From the IMG/VR virus record IMGVR_UViG_3300025769_000611, positions 1 to 28,610 of that record: 28,610 nt of DNA. The stretch is one strand, 5' to 3'. A model generated the notes under the pieces. It ran no database searches, was not told the origin of the DNA, and worked only from the letters and a program-made list of their open reading frames with translations. This stretch comes from a virus. Lineage: Duplodnaviria; Caudoviricetes. The position numbers were made by a program, and so were the translations under genes. Shown piece by piece: positions 18,592-26,300 of this stretch; position 1 is the first letter of the stretch; each line of letters starts with the position of its first letter.

Positions 18592-20379
18592 ATGAGTTAT
18601 AGTAATCCAAGATGGTATGGAATAGGAAACCCGCAAGCATTTACAGATGCTTTTCAAAAAAGTTTCAATACTCAATATACCAATGCAATAGAATATTACG
18701 AGGCCAAATCAAAAGATCTCGAAGAATACAATGATAGTTTAGAGCTCAAAGCTGAAAGACAAAGACAAGCTATACTTAAAAGCAAGAATGTCACAGCAGA
18801 TATGATAAAGCAAGCTGAGCAAGCTGCTCAAGACTTTTTAAAAGAGAGTAGAACCGTATCAGAAGACACAGACGCATTTGGAGCTCCCAAATTGATTAAA
18901 AAAACAAAAGCAGAAATTGATACTGCTTCTTCTGCTTTTTCTGCTTCAGCTAAAACCGCTGGCGATATAGCTGATATAGTATATAGCGAAAAAATAGATT
19001 TAGAAAAAGATTTAGACAAAGGCGGCTTATATTATGATCCTTTATTGAAAGTCAAGAGAGCATTGGACAATGGTAACTACGAATTTAAATACGATAAAAA
19101 TAACAAATATAGCTTTAAAGTAAAAACAGAAGATGGAAAAGTTCTAGATCAAGATGATTTACAAATGATAATAGCGGGTAATGATCCAAAGGCTAGAAAA
19201 AGAATAGATGAAGCTTGGGATGAGACTGTAATAAAAGTATATGGCTCTACTATGACTGATCTTAATAATGCTATAACAAAAGGCTATGCTAGTAGAGATA
19301 AAAATGGAAAAGAAATATACCAAGAAGAGTACATCGATAAAATGCTAGAAGATACAGTAGCTAACATGAGCAAGAAAACCAAAGATGAGTTTTACAATAA
19401 TGAGTTAGATTCTATAAGCGATGAAGCAACAAAAGCTAAGATATTAGAACAATCAGGTGGTAAGCTATTGATCGATACTGCCCAAGAAATAGACATTAAA
19501 AATAATAACAATAATAGCAAGGAAGCATTATCTATGTTATTAGATATTCCGTTAAACAATGTATCTGAAAGAAAAAGACTTATAAAAGAAGTTTTAGGTG
19601 AAGCGAGATTTAACGAAATGTCTATAGAAGATAAAAATAACATAGACGAAGCTCTTTCAACATATAGATCAACGGCCATTAGGGAAGGTTTGAAAAAAGA
19701 ATTAAAATCTAAAGGTTTAAAAAGTAAATACATTCAACCAATAAAGCCACCTTCATTGCCAAGGACGCCATCACCATCTAAAGGAGAAACAAAAACAAGA
19801 GATTTCAATAATGCCATCGCGCAGGTTCAAGCTACTAAAGTAGAAACAGCAATGAAAGAATTATCTGATTTTTCTAGAACATCAGTTGGTGGCGGTGTGT
19901 TACCAGAAACGTCTTCTTTGCCTGGTAGAATAAAAATAAACCAAAAAGATTGGGAACTATTAGGCTACGACTTTACAGCTAATAGAAAAATGGGCGACTT
20001 TAGATTGAAAGTTAGTCTACCTTCAGGTGGAGAACAAGATGTTACCTTTTCTGATGTTTATAATATATACGATCCTGAGTCTATGAGAGAATTTTATGAC
20101 GCAACTGAAACCTCTGGAGCTAAAGGTAAAAGTAGAGAAGCATTAAAGAGTGATGGATACAACATGTTCATGATAGCTTCAGTTACTTCAGATGAAAAGA
20201 TTATGGATTTATTTTTGAATCCAGATATGAAACAATGGAGAGATTGGGTTATAAAGACGTCTAGTTTATATGGTGATGAATACAAAGCAAATATTGTTTC
20301 CAAGTTAAAACAAGCTGAAGAAAGATTTAAAAACCAACAACAAGAAAACAGCTCTTTAGTTAATCAATTGGTGAAATAA
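18592..20379 (+). CDS. Putative internal virion (ejection/cargo) protein, 595 aa
   Basis: Lies between the pilot-like gene and the giant gene. Helical and K/E/D-rich, with a Pro-rich hinge (QPIKPPSLPRTPSPSK). No catalytic motif recognised. Confidence 0.5.
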   Translation: MSYSNPRWYGIGNPQAFTDAFQKSFNTQYTNAIEYYEAKSKDLEEYNDSLELKAERQRQAILKSKNVTADMIKQAEQAAQDFLKESRTVSEDTDAFGAPKLIKKTKAEIDTASSAFSASAKTAGDIADIVYSEKIDLEKDLDKGGLYYDPLLKVKRALDNGNYEFKYDKNNKYSFKVKTEDGKVLDQDDLQMIIAGNDPKARKRIDEAWDETVIKVYGSTMTDLNNAITKGYASRDKNGKEIYQEEYIDKMLEDTVANMSKKTKDEFYNNELDSISDEATKAKILEQSGGKLLIDTAQEIDIKNNNNNSKEALSMLLDIPLNNVSERKRLIKEVLGEARFNEMSIEDKNNIDEALSTYRSTAIREGLKKELKSKGLKSKYIQPIKPPSLPRTPSPSKGETKTRDFNNAIAQVQATKVETAMKELSDFSRTSVGGGVLPETSSLPGRIKINQKDWELLGYDFTANRKMGDFRLKVSLPSGGEQDVTFSDVYNIYDPESMREFYDATETSGAKGKSREALKSDGYNMFMIASVTSDEKIMDLFLNPDMKQWRDWVIKTSSLYGDEYKANIVSKLKQAEERFKNQQQENSSLVNQLVK

Positions 20380-20391
20380 ATAATAACAATA

Positions 20392-23300
20392 ATGGACAAA
20401 AAAGAGTACATTAAATATCTAGCAGATCAAGGCTTCTCTAAAGAAGATATACTAATAAAACTAAGAGACTTTGATAGAGGCATAATTGATATGCCAAAAA
20501 AGATAACAGATCCCGTGAAGACGGAGACAAGCACAGGATCTATAGACGATATGGTCTCCAACTTGGGAGATTTTTCATCGGAGTCACCTATCACTAGCAT
20601 GTATGGCTTTGAGCTTAGTGAAGAAGATATAAAATCTATAAATAGAACAGACGAAGAAAAAGCAATGGACTTTGCTTTGTCTACTAATCCTAAGTATCAA
20701 GAGCTCAACTCTCAACTTAAAGAAATACAAGCAAGCAAAGTACTTAGCCCTATGGCTAAAGACATGCAAGCTAAAGCTATTGAAAAAGAAATAAAAAAAG
20801 TAAAGTATTACTTAGATCACAAAGAAGCATCTGCATATAGAGCATTACAACAAGAAGAGCAAGTAAGCCCAAGCAGTCTATTGCTTAAAAATACTAAATA
20901 TCAAAACACAAAGAAAGCTTTAGAAAATATAAAGACAGCTACAAAAGGCGATGTCACTGCTATAACATTTGTTCCTGAAGATGAAAAAATAGAGCTTCAA
21001 GAAGATGTAGAAAACGAATTAATAGAACAAATATCTAAAGACGAGAAAAAGTTAGATAGATATGCAAATTATGAAAGCACACTAACGCTAACTGGATCTA
21101 TTGATTCTAAAGAAAACTTAATAACAAAAGCTAAAAGCAAAGCTTTATCAAATAGAATAAACGAAGTCACAGAAGAGTTTAATAGTATAGACTTTTCGCA
21201 AATGACTGAAGAAGAAGCGCAAAATAAATATAAAGAATACAACAGCAAGGTTTTTCAACTACAGACAGAGTACGACTTTAATGCTGCTGAAAGCGTTTTT
21301 TATAACAACTTTGAAATGACAGATGAGTACGAAAAGTACTTAAATAGAGAAATGGAAAAAGGTGGATTTACTAACGTCTCTAAAGATGCTTCATCCACTT
21401 TATTACAAGAGTTAGCTAAAGTGCCTATAAAGTCTACTATTGGTACTGGTTTTTTATTTGGCAACGCAGTCACAGAGCTGCTAGAAGATGTTGGTATAAA
21501 AGAAAAAACAGACGACGTTTATACTGGTGGAGATTTAATGCTAGATATGTTTAAAAAATACATATCAGACGGCAATCCGCTAGGCGTAACTAAGTCTGAA
21601 GATTTCACATTTGATTTCGGAGATGGATTTAAAGCCAAGAATGCAGCTAAAACAACTGCCCAAATGCTTCCATTTGTAATAGGCATTATAGCTAGCAGAG
21701 GGGCTAGATCGACCGGTACTGCTGCTCAGTTAGGCAGGTTTAAATTATCAACTAGTAGACTGGCTCAGATGAAGGCAGGTGCTAGAATGACTTCTATAGA
21801 TTCTTACTTTGAAGGTAAAGAAATGGGTTTGAGTGATGCCAAAGCTATTACATATGGGTTTCTTAAATCTACCGCAACTGGATTAGCTAATGGCATAATG
21901 CCAGATGCTAATTTATTTGGTGGATCTGTAGGTAAAAACGCGCTTGTTGCATTAGGCAAAAACTTAAAATCAGCTACAAATAAAGCGCAGATAAAAGCAG
22001 CAGCAAATGCTTTTATAATAAGACCTATAGGGGAAATAGGCGAAGAAGAAGTAGAAGCAGGCCTTGGTGATTTAGCAAAGCTAGCCGTAGGCGTTAAAGG
22101 AAAAGGAGAATTACTTAACGTCGAGTCTCAATCTCAAATAGTAGCAGGAACTTTACTATTGACAGAAGTTCTTGCACCATTCGGATTAAGCGCAGATTTA
22201 AAAAACAGTAAACGCGCTATATATAGAGCATACAGAGAGAATGGAGCTGGAATAATAGAGCAAATGAAGGAGGAAAAAAGAGAAGCTCAATTAAGAATGG
22301 ATAGAGCTAGAACTCCTGAAAGAAAAGCAAAGTGGAAAGAGCTAAATGATCAGTATGACAAAGCTTTGGAATATGCTTCAGATCTAATGCTAGCAATAAA
22401 TGTTTCTCCTGAATCTGCAACACCAGAAGAATTAGACTTGTTAAGACAAAAACAAGGGTTAATGAGGCAAAAGCAAGGCAAAGACCCTTTATATACTAAG
22501 CGCATAGACAAACAAATAAAAGAAATAGACGACAAATTAGAACAAGGAGAAGTAGCGGCTAGTAGAGAAACTATAAAAACTAGAACTTCTGAAAACGTAA
22601 AGAAAATAATAGATGATTTAAACGCGAGTACAGAATCTAATGTTCTTATGGAAAGCTTTGAAAAAGACAATGAGCTTTCTGCAACTGATAAAATAAAAAA
22701 CAAAGTAAAAGAAATAGAGTCGCAAGTAGAAAATATACCATCAGACAGTGATATAGAGCAGTCAGATGCTTTCGTGGTAGAAATGAAAGATGGATCTTCT
22801 AGAATATTTATTAATAGCGATGTATCTAAAGAGACAAAGGCTATAACAGCACCTCAACACGAGTTGCTACACGTAGTCTTGAAAAATACATTTAAGAAAA
22901 ACCCAGAGCTTGCTAATCAAATGAAGAATAGCTTAGAAGGTTTCTTAGATGAATTAAGTCCTAGCATAGCAGGTGAAGGAGGTTATATATCCGCTGTATT
23001 AGAAAACTACAAAGATCAAAGCACAGATGTACAATCCGAAGAGTTCTTAACGGCTCTTTCCGATGCCATGTCTAAAGGTTTTATTAACTCTGAGATAATC
23101 TCTGAAACTGCATTAGATAAAGTAGGTAATGCTATAAAGTCTGTATTAGATAAGGTTATACCTAATAGAAGATATAAATTCAATTCTGGTAAAGATGTAT
23201 TTTCTTTTATAAAAGACTTCAACAAGTCTGTATACAAAGGAGAGTTTAGTAATAAGCTTAAAAATACATTAGAGCAAGGAGCTGTAACCACTGCTGATAC

Positions 23301-26300
23301 AGAAGTAGATGCTGAAAGAAAAGCAATGACTTCTAAAACGGTACTAGAAGAAATAAACAATTTAGTGCCTGAAAATGTTAACACGAAAGAAGACTTTGCA
23401 GATGCAAGAGTATTTAACGAGGTCTATAATGCCACTGCATTTCCAGGTGGTGTTATTAATAATTACATTAGGTCAAGAACTTCTAGCATAGAAGAGGCTG
23501 AAGCTGCAACTGATTCTGTAGTTGATAGGCTTATGGCATTTGATCCTCAAGCCAAGCGCGCTGATGGATCAATAGTTGGTATTGAGGGTTTTGGTGAGTT
23601 TATATTTGCTAATACAGCATTTGGTAAACTCGATGCTAAAAAGAAATTATTTGAAGAGTCACAGCGTAAATCTCAAGAAACTAGAATAGATGAATCAACA
23701 AAGCAAATAGCAGACGTAGAGCAAGAAGTTACGGCACAAGAAGAAGTTGGAATAAAAGAAAAGCCAACTATAAATCCATTGAAGTTTACTGGTGTACCAG
23801 GAACTATCACACTAAGTAAGAAGCCTGAAGGTAAGCCAACATTTAAAACTATTACAAAGCAATATGCTGGTGAGATTGGAGAGCAAGCCATTGGTATACC
23901 TGCTAAAAAGATTACTGAGTCTGCTGCTAATCTAGGCTCTGTCAATGAGGCTAGAGCTATACAGCAGTTCTTCTTCAAGGCTGACAACTTAGACAAGTTT
24001 GTTAAAATACTTCCTGAGTTTAACATTGCTTTACCTGAAACTCAAATAGGATTAGAAACCTTAGATACGCCTAAAGATGTTAAAGGTACTGGCCTTGGTT
24101 TACCTAAGAGAATATTAGATTATTTTTATGAAGACTTTATAGATCCAACTGGTAGGCTTACCAGCCCAAAAGGTAGAAGTAAAGGTTTAACTAGTCAAGT
24201 ACCTGTAAAAAGATTGAAACCAGAATTTAGAGGCGTAGTTACTAAAGAGACTATAGACAAGATTAAATCTGATATAGGTATAACACCAAAAGGGGAATTA
24301 AATGTCTTACCTAAAGGTGAACTACGTAGTCCTATAGGGCAGTTATTAAAAGGTATGGCTAAAACATATTCATCACTTGCTGCTAACACTCTAATTAGAC
24401 AAGAGATGGGTACGTCTAACTTTGCTAAAGAAGATGTAGCTCGTGCTGCTGCTGGTAAGCGAAAAGCTATGCTAAGCATTTCTCCTAAGAAAGCAGCTGC
24501 TATCGCTAGAGAAGACATGCTAAAAACCAGGGTGTTCGAAGATTTAATAGTTACTACACTTAATATAAGTAGAAAAGAAGCTAGAGAGCTGATGAATATA
24601 TCAGCTAACACCAAAGACTCTGATGAACAAAAAGCCATATACGATAGAAATAAAAAACTACCTGAAAGTATAGCTGCTTTTGAAGGCGAAACAGTTATTC
24701 AAGGTATAAGTAGAGTATTAAATAATTTCTTAGAGCAAAATCCAAAGTTTCATGAAATGTTAAGAATATCTTCTACATTTGGATTAGACAGAGCTGTTTT
24801 TGCCACTCAACAAGGATGGGCCAATAACATAAAGATAGATAAAGATAAACTCATAAGACAAGAGCAAGTATCAACTGATAACTATTCGTATACAAAGAAA
24901 AAGTTATTAACTAAAAAATATCTAGAAGAATCTAGAAAATCTGACTTTGCAGAGTTAGAATTTAAAAGGTTTGAAGATATGATAGATTTTTACAAAGCAG
25001 TTGATAAGTATTTAAAAAAGCCAGGAAATAAAAATGACTTTTGGGCATTCCAGGAGATAGTAAGGCAAGCAGCTAATAGCCAAAAACACTTTTCAAGATC
25101 TAGCTTTCCTAGACTTGTATACGAAGTTGATATAGAAACAGAAGAGCCTATAACAGATGTAAAAGGTGTTGAAGAGCATTTTATGCCTCAAAACTTAGTA
25201 GCTACATTGCTTCTTGGTGGAGTTAAAAATGGATACTTAAAAGAAGCTATAGACATAGCTAGAGCAGTATCAATGCAAGGGTTTATATCCAAAGAGCTAG
25301 ATGACATGGTTAATGTCAAGTATAAGAAAACTCCGCCAGACGCATTGTTAGACAGACTAGAAGATATAATAACCGGAAAGCTAAAGCTAGATCAAGGTCT
25401 AGCTTCCATAATTAGATATACTGAGTCTGACATAGATCTTAATAGATTATTTTATGTGCCAGCTAATAAGACCCTAGGTGAATATTTTTTCGGTAATAAA
25501 TCTGTTCCAGTTAAAGTTCAAAAAGAAATGGTAAGAAAGTTGTTTTCTGGAGATACAACTTTAGACCAAATGAGAGAATACGGTGCTAAATATGCAAAAA
25601 CAACAGCTGGAAAATCTAAAGCATCTAAATCAAACATAAGTAAAACGCCAAGCGGTATAATTAGTAAAGCTAGTAAAACTAATGATCAAGTATTAAACAA
25701 TCTAAATAATTATGATAAGGCTTTGCGTAATGCTCGTAATAATAAAGCGCCTATAAAAGGTATATCTGTATTTGATTTTGACGACACGCTTGCTACTACT
25801 AAAAGCATGGTCGGTGTAACAATGCCCGATGGTACTGAAACTAAAATTGATGCCACTGAGTTTGCAAAAACTGGAGAAGACTTACTAGAACAAGGTGCAA
25901 CATTTGACTTTAGCGATTTTAGCAAAGTTGTTGATGGTAAGCCTGGTCCTTTAATTGCGAAGCTAGATAAAGCTATAAAGAAGTTTGGTAACAAAGATGT
26001 GTTTGTGTTAACTGCTAGACCTGCTAATTCAGCATCGGCAATATATGAGTTTTTAAAAGGGCTTGGTTATGAGATCCCATTGGAAAATATAACTGGCTTA
26101 GCTAACAGTGCGCCTGAAGCTAAGGCACAATGGATGGTTGATAAAGCCGCTGAAGGTTACAATGATTTTTACTTTACAGATGATGCATATAAGAATGTGA
26201 AAGCTGTTCAAGATGCAATGAAAGTCTTAGATGTTAAATCTAAAGAGCGCATTGTATACAAAGATATATATGATAAGATGGATAAAGAAATGAATGACAT

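Noticed and set aside
19495-19520. aataataacaataat poly-Asn microrepeat as a phase-variation tract
   Set aside because: It is a short, imperfect, in-frame trinucleotide run in AT-rich DNA and would not shift the frame.
25774-25788. DFDDT read as the DFDxD catalytic loop of a crAss virion RNA polymerase
   Set aside because: The fifth residue is Thr, and downstream LTAR, K and DD motifs complete a HAD signature instead.
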